A DNA stretch of 60,746 nucleotides, filler included. It is 4 parts of 4 records of this genome, joined end to end, with 100 filler letters (N's around TTAATTAATTAA, not from the genome) between each part and the next. Parts side by side here need not be neighbours in the genome. Positions count along the whole stretch, not along the records: positions 13,387 to 30,516 come from DRR723986_6746; 3 more parts are not named here. One strand, written 5' to 3'. Position 1 is the first letter of the stretch. Each line of letters begins with the position of its first letter. This document shows, in pieces, positions 20,096 through 29,633 of this stretch. A program made the position numbers and the translations under genes. The notes under the pieces were generated by a model that had not been told where the DNA came from, searched no databases, and saw only the letters and a program-made list of their open reading frames with translations.

Positions 20096-20740
20096 ATGAA
20101 CAAAAACATCACCACGGTAATCTTCGATTTTGGCGGTGTATTTACTGACTCGCCATTCAATGCGTTTAACGCCTACGCACAGAAGATTGGCGCCTCGGAG
20201 CAGCAGGTCACAGACATCGTCTTCGGCGGTTACGAGCAGGACGGAGACCACCCCTGGCACCAGGTAGAGCGCGGTGAGATAACGCTTGAGAGCGCACGCG
20301 AGAGCATAATGGCGCTGGGCAAAGCGCATGGACTACACGTCGACATATGGGAAGTCTTTATGGCCATGGCTGAGAACGGCGGCGGCCTGCGTACCGAATT
20401 GGTCGACTACCTCCCTATTATTCGCGATTCAGGCCTGGCCACCGGCATCATTACCAACAATGTTGTGGAGTTCAGAGAACACTGGCGAGGCATGCTGCCG
20501 GTCAACGAGCTGTTCGACTTCATTATCGACAGCAGTGAGGTAGGCATGCGCAAACCCAACCCCGCGATCTTTATGAGAGCACTGGACCTCGCCGGCGCGA
20601 CGGCGCAAGAGGTTCTGTTTCTCGACGACTTTCAAGGCAACATAAGCGCCGCAGAAGCATTGAATATTCGCTCAATCCTGGTGGACGGCGACGGGAAGAA
20701 AACGGTAGCTGATCTGAATGCCATACTGAAGCTTGGCTAA
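20096..20740 (+). CDS. HAD-family phosphatase (epoxide-hydrolase N-terminal-like)
   Basis: 'IFDFGGV', 'ITNN', 'RKPNP', 'FLDD..GN'. Confidence 0.9.
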   Translation: MNKNITTVIFDFGGVFTDSPFNAFNAYAQKIGASEQQVTDIVFGGYEQDGDHPWHQVERGEITLESARESIMALGKAHGLHVDIWEVFMAMAENGGGLRTELVDYLPIIRDSGLATGIITNNVVEFREHWRGMLPVNELFDFIIDSSEVGMRKPNPAIFMRALDLAGATAQEVLFLDDFQGNISAAEALNIRSILVDGDGKKTVADLNAILKLG

Positions 20741-20908
20741 AGATTCTCGCTCCACCATTGCGTACTTACATTGACAACAACAGGCATCGATATCGGGAAG
20801 CATGGGCAGACTGCACGCGCCGGAGCTGTTAATCCAGCGACACACCCCTGCAGTTGGTCCGGTTACTGCCCGTGGAGACACGTGTAATCTCGGAAAAACC
20901 GGTCACGC

Positions 20909-21457
20909 TTACCACATCAGGTCATCCGGAATTTCATAATCCTGATACCAGTCTTTCTCTTCCTCTGTAAGCGGTTCACTGGCGGCGTCGCTACAAAAAA
21001 TGACCCTGGCTTCATCGCGCTGAGCAATTTTCTCTGCCACAACTTTAGGCACTAACTCGTAGCTATCCCCCTGCTTAGCGATCGCCAGAACGCCGGCAGA
21101 CAACTGCCGCTGGATCAGCCCGTTCACGTATATTTTCTTGACCTTTTTACCATCGGAGAAGTTAAAGCCAATGTCACCCTGCCCTTTCTCCAATTTACTA
21201 TTTTCTATGAGTTGCTTGATTTGGGCGTTGATGGCCTTGCGCTGCGACTTTTCCTGCAGGGCACGATTCAGCTCGCGGTCTTTCTCAACTTTGGCTTGTT
21301 TTGCTGCAAGGGCCGCCTGTTTTTCTTCACTGACAAATTTTACGCCAGAGCCGCGGGCAGCTTTGTTCTGCTTTCGTTGCTCCTTTTCCAACTGCTTGGC
21401 CTTTTTGGCGTCGGCCAAACCCGCCTGCAGTAACTGATCTTTTAACGAACCTGCCAT
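20909..21457 (-). CDS. DUF2058 (YaiL-like) protein
   Basis: 'SLKDQLLQAGL', 'AQIKQLIE', 'FNFSDGKKVKKIYV', 'YEIPDDLMW'. Confidence 0.9.
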   Translation of the reverse strand: MAGSLKDQLLQAGLADAKKAKQLEKEQRKQNKAARGSGVKFVSEEKQAALAAKQAKVEKDRELNRALQEKSQRKAINAQIKQLIENSKLEKGQGDIGFNFSDGKKVKKIYVNGLIQRQLSAGVLAIAKQGDSYELVPKVVAEKIAQRDEARVIFCSDAASEPLTEEEKDWYQDYEIPDDLMW

Positions 21458-21633
21458 TACCCTTTCCTCCAAACAACTGCATCGCCACTGTTGTCGGCGG
21501 CAGCCCAACTCAAGCACAGGAAGATACCCCAACGAGATACCTGAGTGTATAAGCCCGCTCCTGCGAGTGCCAGATCAGCTCTGCCTGTACTCGCCCCCCC
21601 AATAAAGCTGGCCGCACTCCACAAAAAATCTGA

Positions 21634-22440
21634 TTGACATCGAATCGCCGTCGGCGCAAATTTCCCCGCGTCGCGAGGGGGCCAGCAACGCAGACCCCAG
21701 CGTCTGGCGCCACACCTTCACCCTACCGGCAGAATCGTCCGGAACACACAGAAAGGCACGCAGAATTGGCAGCAACTTACGGGCTTCCCAGCGCGGACGG
21801 CGGCGAGAATTCCAATGAGATCCTGTTCGGACTGATTGCGAAGGATATCGAAAAGCAGGGTTACAGCATCCGGCCCGGCGCGCTACCCATGGATATCGCC
21901 GACGCACTGCTGTCTCATCAGCAGAGCCTCGTTGCCAGCAAGTACAAGGACGCCGGCATCGGCAGGCGAGAAAGCTACCTAAAGAACGCTTTTGTCCGTA
22001 CCGACGAGATCTGTTGGATCGACGGCCAGTCGAGCGCCGGTAGCCAGTGGCTGGGTTGGGTCTCCAGCTTGCAGGCGTTTCTGAACCGCCGACTTTTCCT
22101 GGGACTGTTTTCGTTCGAGAGCCATTTCGCCCACTACGGCCCCGGGGATTACTACAAGCGGCACTACGACGCCTTCCGCGGCCAGGCAAACCGGGTGTTG
22201 TCCCTGGTGGCATACCTGAATCCCGGATGGACCGCTGACGACGGCGGCGAACTTGTGCTATATCGGGATGACCACGACAGGGAAGGCACCCGGGTTGTCC
22301 CACTGCTTGGCACCGTCGTCGCATTTCTCAGCGAGGAGTTTCCCCACGAAGTGCTGCCGGCAAACCGCGATCGTTATTCGGTCGCCGGTTGGCTCCGTGT
22401 AAACACCTCCACTGTACACAGGGCGGACCCGCCGAGATAA
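21634..22440 (+). CDS. 2OG-Fe(II) oxygenase (SM-20/PHD-like); real start probably downstream of 21634
   Basis: 'RTDEICW', 'FESHFAHY..G.YYKRHYDAF', 'FLSEEFPHEV', 'RYSVAGW'. Confidence 0.88.
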   Translation: MTSNRRRRKFPRVARGPATQTPASGATPSPYRQNRPEHTERHAELAATYGLPSADGGENSNEILFGLIAKDIEKQGYSIRPGALPMDIADALLSHQQSLVASKYKDAGIGRRESYLKNAFVRTDEICWIDGQSSAGSQWLGWVSSLQAFLNRRLFLGLFSFESHFAHYGPGDYYKRHYDAFRGQANRVLSLVAYLNPGWTADDGGELVLYRDDHDREGTRVVPLLGTVVAFLSEEFPHEVLPANRDRYSVAGWLRVNTSTVHRADPPR

Positions 22441-22528
22441 GTGACTATTCAATGCGACTGGGCTTACAAGTCTCCGGAGCTGGCCTGTGAAACAAGGCTG
22501 ACGGGTGATCTCTCGCTCAAGGGTCGCT

Positions 22529-22861
22529 TCATGCCTCCTTTTGCAGGCGCATGATACTGATATGAATCTGCTCCGCACCCCACAGGAATGATCGCCAACC
22601 AGGCCGGTGCTGGTGGAGGATAGCCACCGTACCGACGCCCAACTCAAATTCGTCGCGTGACTCGTCATGGTTGATGCCACTGATGTTCGACGCCTCCAGG
22701 ATCCGGGTGGGCGCATCCAGGTCTCGACGAATGTTCAGCAGCAAGGCGCGGGCATCCTGGTCATCGGGGTGGTGGGCAAGCACCGTGTAGAGATGCGGAC
22801 CATTAACGACCCAATCCCACACATCGGTGACAAACTCTACAATACCGTCCCAGATACTCAT
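22529..22861 (-). CDS. Hypothetical protein (110 aa)
   Basis: AAGGAG SD before ATG 22861; protein-like composition, no recognised family. Confidence 0.6.
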   Translation of the reverse strand: MSIWDGIVEFVTDVWDWVVNGPHLYTVLAHHPDDQDARALLLNIRRDLDAPTRILEASNISGINHDESRDEFELGVGTVAILHQHRPGWRSFLWGAEQIHISIMRLQKEA

Positions 22862-23111
22862 GGCCGACTCCTTGAATGACCGCATTACGCTTGCTTGGAG
22901 TCGTTATTAGATCACCCGGAACCTGGGACACACATGGCTGCCTGCGCCAACATCATGGGAAAGGGCGCCACCTTTCTTTACCCGCAGCCGCAAAAACGGG
23001 GCTTGCCCCGGTTCTGTCGCAGACACACGGCTTGGTAGTAAAGCCAGACCACTGAATGCCAGCTACGGGCAGGCCAGGCAGGCTGCTCGCATTAAGCGAT
23101 CGCGCGGAGGC

Positions 23112-24950
23112 TCACAACTGGTAGCTGGCGCTAAGGCTTGCCTGACGACCCACCGCCGGGGTACCGGGGAAAAATTCGAAATCGCTGTCGACCAGGTTGT
23201 CGACAATGACCGACAGGGACAGGCGCTCAGACAGGCTCCAGTTCAGGGAAGCTGCACCGAGCAGGGCCTCCCGCGATGATTGGCGTAAGGGGTTGTCTGC
23301 CTGCTGCCGCCATTCGGTATCAACACGAAATTCAAGCTCGGGTCGCAGGGCATAGACCACGCCAAGGGTGGCCCGCCACTCGGCGTAGTTCAGGGCGTAA
23401 AAACTGGCATCGACTGCGGCATCGCCATAGTCCGCATCCTTGTCGAGCCAGGTCAACCCGGCGTTCAACGCTCCCACCGAGAAAGCCTGCTGCCACAAAA
23501 ATTCAATGCCCGACACGTCGATGTCCACCCCGTTGGCCTGACGGGAGGATGGCAACGCACTGTTGTAGGTCCAGTCCACCAGATCGTCATCGCGACGCAG
23601 GAAACCGGCCAGCGTCCAGTCTCCGCTGTCATAGGCATGACGCCAGCTCAGGGTAAGCTGCCGGGCGTACTCCCGGCCCAGCTCCGGGTTGCCGCCGAAC
23701 AGCCCCTGGGGCGGTGATTTGAGAGCGGTATAGCCGGGCAGCTGGGAGGAACCGGTATAGCTCAGCCCAATGGTGTTACTGCCCTCGGCATCGGTGAAAC
23801 TCAGGCCGGCGACCGGCTCCAGGCTGTCCTCATCGCGGTTTGAGGTCTCGGTGGCCAGGCCCGCCTGCAAGGCGAGAGAACCCTGCGGTATGCGCCACTC
23901 GTATTCCGGCACTACCCGAGCGCTCAGGTATTCGCGGGAAGCAAAGCTACCGCCCACCAGGTCTGTGGAGCGAACCAATTCGTCTTCGCTATATTGGAGT
24001 GACCAGCGCACGCGCAAACGCTCCCCGCCCTGGTCACCTGATAAGCCCAGGCCCTGGATGCGGGTCTTGTGTTCAAAGGCACCCGGCACACCCGTCTCTT
24101 CGGTGCGCCGGTTAAAATCGTAGTCATCCACCAGGGTGCGGTGAAACCCGGTCAGGGTCAGCTGACCGCTGGCCACTTCACGACGGTGTCCCAGCATCCA
24201 GAGTGTGGTCTGGGTTTCATCAGTTTCCGGTAACGACGCGAAGCCGGTATAGGCGCCCGGCCAGCCGTAAAACTTGTCCTGGTAGGCCGCGATGACATCG
24301 GTCTGGCTGGTTTCATCCCGCCACTGCCCGCGCAGGTTCACCCGCTCAAAGCGATGGTCGCCATCGCTCTCGGTGCCATCACCGGATGATCGCGCCAGTG
24401 CGATGCCGATACCGCCGGTGCCGGTGGCGAAGTCGCCGGCCAGGCTGCCGCGCAGCTGTTGATAGTTAAGCCCATGGGTACCCACGCCCAGGCGCAACTG
24501 TCCACCGCTGTCGACCGGCGCAAAGTCATACTGCAAGGTGGCAAGCGTGGCATTACTGCCGGCAACAGCGTGCTCGATGTCGAGGGCGACCTGGGGCGCA
24601 GTAAGAAAACCGGGGTCAATCGGAACATTAGCCGCGTAGTGCCCGGTTTGCGGATCGAACACGGTGGCAGCGCCTATCCGCAGGGCGGTATTCTCAAATA
24701 CCCCGCCGCGCACCGTGATGTCGGCCTGACCCTCGGGCATCCCCCGCGGCTGCAGCTCCACCTGGGGGTCAAAGCGCAGCGCCGACAGAACTCCCTGATA
24801 GGTAGCGGCTGGCCGTTCATTGGCGACACGAACGCCAGCCACCAGGGTCTCTTCGAGGCGTATCGCGTCGGCGGACACATGCTGGGCAAGGACTGCAGCC
24901 TCTGCTACGGCAGCGAGTGAGAGAACTGAGATCTTGCGTTGAGTGCGCAT
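23112..24950 (-). CDS. TonB-dependent receptor
   Basis: Signal peptide, TonB-box-like 'EETLV', plug 'QADITVRGG...DPQTGHY', barrel end 'VDNL.D...GRQASLSASYQL'. Confidence 0.9.
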   Translation of the reverse strand: MRTQRKISVLSLAAVAEAAVLAQHVSADAIRLEETLVAGVRVANERPAATYQGVLSALRFDPQVELQPRGMPEGQADITVRGGVFENTALRIGAATVFDPQTGHYAANVPIDPGFLTAPQVALDIEHAVAGSNATLATLQYDFAPVDSGGQLRLGVGTHGLNYQQLRGSLAGDFATGTGGIGIALARSSGDGTESDGDHRFERVNLRGQWRDETSQTDVIAAYQDKFYGWPGAYTGFASLPETDETQTTLWMLGHRREVASGQLTLTGFHRTLVDDYDFNRRTEETGVPGAFEHKTRIQGLGLSGDQGGERLRVRWSLQYSEDELVRSTDLVGGSFASREYLSARVVPEYEWRIPQGSLALQAGLATETSNRDEDSLEPVAGLSFTDAEGSNTIGLSYTGSSQLPGYTALKSPPQGLFGGNPELGREYARQLTLSWRHAYDSGDWTLAGFLRRDDDLVDWTYNSALPSSRQANGVDIDVSGIEFLWQQAFSVGALNAGLTWLDKDADYGDAAVDASFYALNYAEWRATLGVVYALRPELEFRVDTEWRQQADNPLRQSSREALLGAASLNWSLSERLSLSVIVDNLVDSDFEFFPGTPAVGRQASLSASYQL

Positions 24951-25146
24951 CCGGCTATTCCACAAAAACGGAGCGCAAGTATAAGTAAAACAAACGGCTG
25001 CGCGTGTGGTATCGCCGTTTTATTTTGCTTCTTCGACCGCCAGAACGGCTCTGATCGCCTCATGACCGCGACGTGTAACGCTACTCTCATCGGGCCGATT
25101 ATCGGGCTATACTTCGCCCTGCCTGGTTTTTACTGGAGACCTAGAA

Positions 25147-25713
25147 ATGACCCTGCGAATGCTTGCCTGCTCCCTGTCCCTGGCCACCGCATTGCCTGCT
25201 ACGGCGCTGGCTGACCCGTTTTTCGCCCAGATGGTCTTGCAAGGTGTGACCTTCCAGATTGAGAGCCCCAACGACAGCTCGATCAACCCGGTAACCGTGC
25301 GCGCCGAATCCGAAAAAGGGTCGATGGGCGAGATAGAGACCGAGGCCGATGGCTCGATAAGCGGGGTTGAGGTCGAGGACCTCAACGGCGATGGTTTCCC
25401 GGAAATCTACATCTATGTCACCTCAGCCGGGAGCGGCTCCTACGGATCGCTGATCGCCTACGGATCAAACCGTAACCTGTCGATGACCGAAATCTACCTG
25501 CCGCCAATAGAAGGTGATCCGGCGTTGACGGAGGGTTACATGGGACATGATGAGTTCGCCGTCGGCGAGGGAACATTCATGCGACGCTTTCCGATTTACC
25601 GGGAAGGCGATACCAATTCAGCCCCCAGCGGCGGCACCCGGCAGGTACAGTACAAGCTGGTCGCCGGCGAGGCTGGCTGGCTGCTGCGACAGGACCGCAT
25701 CGTCGAATTCTAG
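25147..25713 (+). CDS. PliI-like periplasmic lysozyme inhibitor
   Basis: Signal peptide; 'EDLNGDG.PEIY...SAGSGSYG' and 'GYMGHDEF' match the PliI SxGSGxY and GYxGHD motifs. Confidence 0.7.
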   Translation: MTLRMLACSLSLATALPATALADPFFAQMVLQGVTFQIESPNDSSINPVTVRAESEKGSMGEIETEADGSISGVEVEDLNGDGFPEIYIYVTSAGSGSYGSLIAYGSNRNLSMTEIYLPPIEGDPALTEGYMGHDEFAVGEGTFMRRFPIYREGDTNSAPSGGTRQVQYKLVAGEAGWLLRQDRIVEF

Positions 25714-25760
25714 AGTTCTGGTCGCGGAAGCGCATACAATTCATCTGCGAGCGAGAAACC

Positions 25761-26780
25761 ATGCCTGATAAGACAGCCCCCTACCTGCACATGGATCCTT
25801 TCCTGACCCCGGGAGAAGCGGAGTCGATGCTGCGTATCGCCGAATCTTTCGGGAGTTTCGGTACCTACGCCGAAGAGGCCACCAGTGACGGCCTGGGTGA
25901 GTCATTACCGCAACGCTTTGACGTCGGCCTGAATTATGTTGCTCGTGGTCTTGATGGCAGCGGCAACCAGGACGATGAAGCGACCGCAATGAGTCGCACC
26001 AACTATCTGCGGGAGACCTATGTCTACGGCGATGACAGCCGGGTGGCCGGGATCGAACCGTTCCTGGAACATGCCCAGATGCAGGCCGCGGCGAAGGAAC
26101 TATCCGCCAGCGACCACGTTGTCCCGGCGATTGTCTATGCCAACCTGCTGGTGCCCGGCCAGGAACTGGCCATCCACACAGATGTGCCCGAATTTCGCGG
26201 CGCTAACCGCAAGAACGTTCCCCAATGGCTGCTGGTATGCATGCTGCATTCCGGTTTGTTCGACCACTGGCGCATACCCATCCTGACCTGCGTGTCCTGG
26301 TTCGGCACGGCTGGCGGCGGTGCGTTTACCTTTTACCCCAATGGTGCACGCGGACCCAGGGAATCCATCCCTGCCCAACATAACTCGGCGATCCTGATTG
26401 ATACGGATTCGGTGTTTCACGGCGTTGAGCGAGTGGCCAACAGGGTGCCCAATCTGCCGCAAATCATTCCCGGTACACGCCTGCATTTCCTCGGCGACCA
26501 GCAGTGGCAATTGCGCCACGGCGAGCAGACGCTGGCGGATTACAGCTGGTCGGAGATTCGCTACTCGATCAGCTGGAAAGGTTACTGTTTCCGCACCAGT
26601 GCGGAACGCAATGCCTGGGAAAACCACAGTGACGATCTGGAACTGGACCGTATTCTGAAGGTACTGGAAACGGAAATGCGGCGCCTGGGCAGACTCAAGG
26701 GGGAGCGACCAGATCCGGATACCCTCGCCCGGCTGATGGTCGAGACCTTCGTGCAGTTTCCGGCGGAACAGGCTGCCTGA
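25761..26780 (+). CDS. Uncharacterised putative 2OG-Fe(II) oxygenase
   Basis: HxD ('IHTD'), distal His ('FHGV') and 'RYSIS' in a DSBH-like arrangement. Confidence 0.6.
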   Translation: MPDKTAPYLHMDPFLTPGEAESMLRIAESFGSFGTYAEEATSDGLGESLPQRFDVGLNYVARGLDGSGNQDDEATAMSRTNYLRETYVYGDDSRVAGIEPFLEHAQMQAAAKELSASDHVVPAIVYANLLVPGQELAIHTDVPEFRGANRKNVPQWLLVCMLHSGLFDHWRIPILTCVSWFGTAGGGAFTFYPNGARGPRESIPAQHNSAILIDTDSVFHGVERVANRVPNLPQIIPGTRLHFLGDQQWQLRHGEQTLADYSWSEIRYSISWKGYCFRTSAERNAWENHSDDLELDRILKVLETEMRRLGRLKGERPDPDTLARLMVETFVQFPAEQAA

Positions 26781-26852
26781 CCTCTCCGCTGACCGGTTCA
26801 TTGCTACACTGCACAGCAGACAGACCAGTATTCACTCCCCAGGAGACCTCCA

Positions 26853-27443
26853 ATGAGCCGACTCAGCAAGCTGCCACCCGACCAGTGGACCGAGGAATTA
26901 CGCAATTTCACCGCCGCGGATACCGCAACCGATATCGAACTCGGCATTACCCGCATGCTGGCTCATGCGCCGGAGGCTGCCATGGGGCCGCTGCAGTTCG
27001 GTGCCGCAGTAACCATGAACCGAACCCTCCCGGAACGGCTGATCGAGCTGATGCGACTGCGCATAGCCTTTCACAACCAGTGTCGCAGCTGCATGGCGAT
27101 ACGCTATTCCAGCGCTGCCGATACCTTCACCGAGGATGATGTTTGCAGCCTCGAGAAGCCCGCGGAGGCAGAAAACCTCGATGAGCGCGAAAAACTGGCA
27201 ATCGATTTCGGCGAGCGCTTCGCCACCAATCACCTGTCTATTGATGACGCGTTCTTCGCCCGTCTGAAGGAGCATTTCTCCGAAGCGGAAATTATGGAGC
27301 TGATGCTGCACTGCGCGCTCTACGTTGGCATGGGACGGCTCGCCGCACTGCTGGATATGACAGAGGAATTGCCAGCCGGCTTCCAGAAGCCGTTTGGTGA
27401 AGCAGTGCTGCCGACAGCGGATGCGCCGATCAGGGTGCGCTAG
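26853..27443 (+). CDS. Carboxymuconolactone decarboxylase/AhpD-family protein
   Basis: 'LPERLIELMRLRIA..NQCRSC' CxxC; 'FSEAEIMEL'. Confidence 0.88.
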   Translation: MSRLSKLPPDQWTEELRNFTAADTATDIELGITRMLAHAPEAAMGPLQFGAAVTMNRTLPERLIELMRLRIAFHNQCRSCMAIRYSSAADTFTEDDVCSLEKPAEAENLDEREKLAIDFGERFATNHLSIDDAFFARLKEHFSEAEIMELMLHCALYVGMGRLAALLDMTEELPAGFQKPFGEAVLPTADAPIRVR

Positions 27444-27488
27444 GCACCATTACGCACGCACAATTGTTGTGTCTGCCAGGACCTGACC

Positions 27489-28019
27489 ATGCACAGGAAA
27501 CGCACCACACCGCTGGATCGCTTCGCCCGCGACCTGCCACCCGGAACCCTGGAATGGATCGGCCTGAGGCCCGCACGGCGGGAGCCACTGGTATCGGTCG
27601 AAGACGCGCTCGCCATCCAGGACCTGGGCCTGGAGGGCGACCACCGGACCCAAAAGACACCGGGCTCCGGCCGCCAGGTAACGCTTATCTCGCGGGAGTT
27701 TATCGCACAGATTGCGCACTACCACGGCGGGACGACCATCCATCCGGGACAACTGCGTCGCAATCTCGTGGTGTCAGGCATCAACCTCAATGCGCTGCGC
27801 TATCAGCGTTTCACTATTGGCGATGCCCTGTTCGAGGCAGGCGCGTTGTGCGATCCCTGTTCGCGTATGGAAGCGGAGCTGGGCAAAGGAGCGGTGGCTG
27901 CCATGATCGGTCACGGCGGCCTGTGCTGCCGGGTACTGAGGACAGGCGCCATTGGTGTTGGCGATCCGGTGGTGGTGGAAGTCGAGGGACAGACGCGGGA
28001 CCTGTTTCCGGAAACCTGA
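27489..28019 (+). CDS. MOSC domain protein
   Basis: 'GLEGDH', 'RQVTLI', 'LRRNLVVSG', 'CDPCSRME', 'GHGG'. Confidence 0.92.
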   Translation: MHRKRTTPLDRFARDLPPGTLEWIGLRPARREPLVSVEDALAIQDLGLEGDHRTQKTPGSGRQVTLISREFIAQIAHYHGGTTIHPGQLRRNLVVSGINLNALRYQRFTIGDALFEAGALCDPCSRMEAELGKGAVAAMIGHGGLCCRVLRTGAIGVGDPVVVEVEGQTRDLFPET

Positions 28020-28079
28020 GTCGGGCGCTTATCCCGATCGGCACATACGACAGAAGGATCGAACCACCCGCGGGCGACC

Positions 28080-28595
28080 CTAGAGGGCCTGGCGACCACC
28101 TTTCCCGTTGGCATAGAGCGCAGCAGCTGCCACCAGGATCACCGCCGCGGCGGCCATCAGCAAGCCTTCTGCCATACTGATACCCAGCACCACTTCCGGG
28201 GTGTAGGAACACAGGTTGCGCACCTCGAACAAGGCCGGAAACCAGCTGTCCAGCGCGAACCAGTCGGGAAAGCCGAGATAAAACTCACAACTGCCGTCCC
28301 CCATGCCATTTTCGATCTTGTACAGGTACCAGGAACGCTCCGCCAGACCCAGGGCACAGCCGATAAGCAGCAGGTTAGCCAGGCCATTGAGCGCAGGCCG
28401 CTGCGGCAGGCAGCTCATGACCAGGGCCAGCAGGGTGAAAGCCACCACCCAGATACGCGCATGGATACAGATCTGGCAGGGCTCATCGCCGAGGCCGTAC
28501 TGGTAAAAAAGTGCCACGGCGAGCATGCCGACCCCGGCCAGCGCCAACGCCAGCCAGTACCAGCGCGAACGCAGCATGATGATCAGTGACGACAC
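28080..28595 (-). CDS. dsbB: Disulfide bond formation protein B
   Basis: Four TMs, 'EPCQICIHAR', second Cys pair 'SCE...NLCS'; GTG start at 28595 with GGAGG SD. Confidence 0.85.
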   Translation of the reverse strand: MSSLIIMLRSRWYWLALALAGVGMLAVALFYQYGLGDEPCQICIHARIWVVAFTLLALVMSCLPQRPALNGLANLLLIGCALGLAERSWYLYKIENGMGDGSCEFYLGFPDWFALDSWFPALFEVRNLCSYTPEVVLGISMAEGLLMAAAAVILVAAAALYANGKGGRQAL

Positions 28596-28907
28596 GCGCT
28601 TCCTCCGACGACAAACATCTGCTGCCCCATACATTTTTTCATGGCGAAAGTTTACCAGATTCACGCTTCGCCACCTGCCGCGTACAGCACGCCAGTCACC
28701 GAGTCACCAGCCGGGACTGCTGCAGAACGGGGCGAGACCTGATAAATGGCTACCGACTGGCGACACCCCCGGGTCGACAGCAAGGCAATCCGTACTATCC
28801 TGTTGGAAGATTATCTCGACAGCGGGTCTGATGAGGCCAGCTGGCGGGAAGCGCCGCTTCACTGACCGCCGCGCTTTCCGAAACAGGCCCCCAGGATGTC
28901 CGCGACC

Positions 28908-29618
28908 ATGATCAAGCTCTACACCTTTCCCGAGGCCTTCGGCCTGCGCAATGTCAGCCCCTTCTGCCTGCGGGTAGAAATGGCCCTGGCCCACCTGGGC
29001 CTGGACTTCGAGATCATTCTCGAACACGACCCGCGCCAATCACCCAAGGGCAAACTGCCGTTCATCATCGATGACGGGCTGACGATTCCCGACTCGGAGC
29101 TCATATTCCAGCATCTGGACCAGAAGTGTAACGGCGCCCTGTACGGCCACCTGCAGCCGGGAGAATACGGCCAGGGCATGGCCTACACGCGGCTGGCGGA
29201 CGATCACCTGTACTGGATCATGGTGGCGAGCCGGTGGCTGGACGACGCCTGGTTTCCCAACGTCCGGCAGGGATTTTTCGCTGCTTTCCCGCCGGTGCTA
29301 CGCGATCTGGTCGGCGTCCTCGCACGGCGGCAAATGCGCCAGACCTACAATCTGCACGGTCTCGGGCGCCACAGCCTGGAGGAGCAACAGGGTTTCGCCC
29401 GGCGCGACCTGGCAGCGCTTTCCGATGCACTGGAGGGCAAGACCTACCTGGTCGGGGATCGGCTCACCGTATTTGATTTTTCGGTATCCAGCCTGCTGGC
29501 GGGGCTTATCGACAACCAACCCCCCACCTGGCTTTCTATCCTGGCGGAGGACTACCCCGCCCTGCGCCACTACGCCGAGCACATCCAGGAGACCGTCGGC
29601 GTCTACGCCCGCCAGTAA
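28908..29618 (+). CDS. Glutathione S-transferase family (metaxin-like)
   Basis: 'NVSPFCLRVE', 'SPKGKLPFI.D....DSELI', 'YLVGDRLTVFD'. Confidence 0.9.
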   Translation: MIKLYTFPEAFGLRNVSPFCLRVEMALAHLGLDFEIILEHDPRQSPKGKLPFIIDDGLTIPDSELIFQHLDQKCNGALYGHLQPGEYGQGMAYTRLADDHLYWIMVASRWLDDAWFPNVRQGFFAAFPPVLRDLVGVLARRQMRQTYNLHGLGRHSLEEQQGFARRDLAALSDALEGKTYLVGDRLTVFDFSVSSLLAGLIDNQPPTWLSILAEDYPALRHYAEHIQETVGVYARQ

Positions 29619-29633
29619 GCACAGGGGGCCCGG

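Noticed and set aside
24951-25146. Cobalamin riboswitch or Fur box before the TonB receptor
   Set aside because: No B12-box or GATAAT-type motif visible; a TATACT element lies close to the start, leaving little leader
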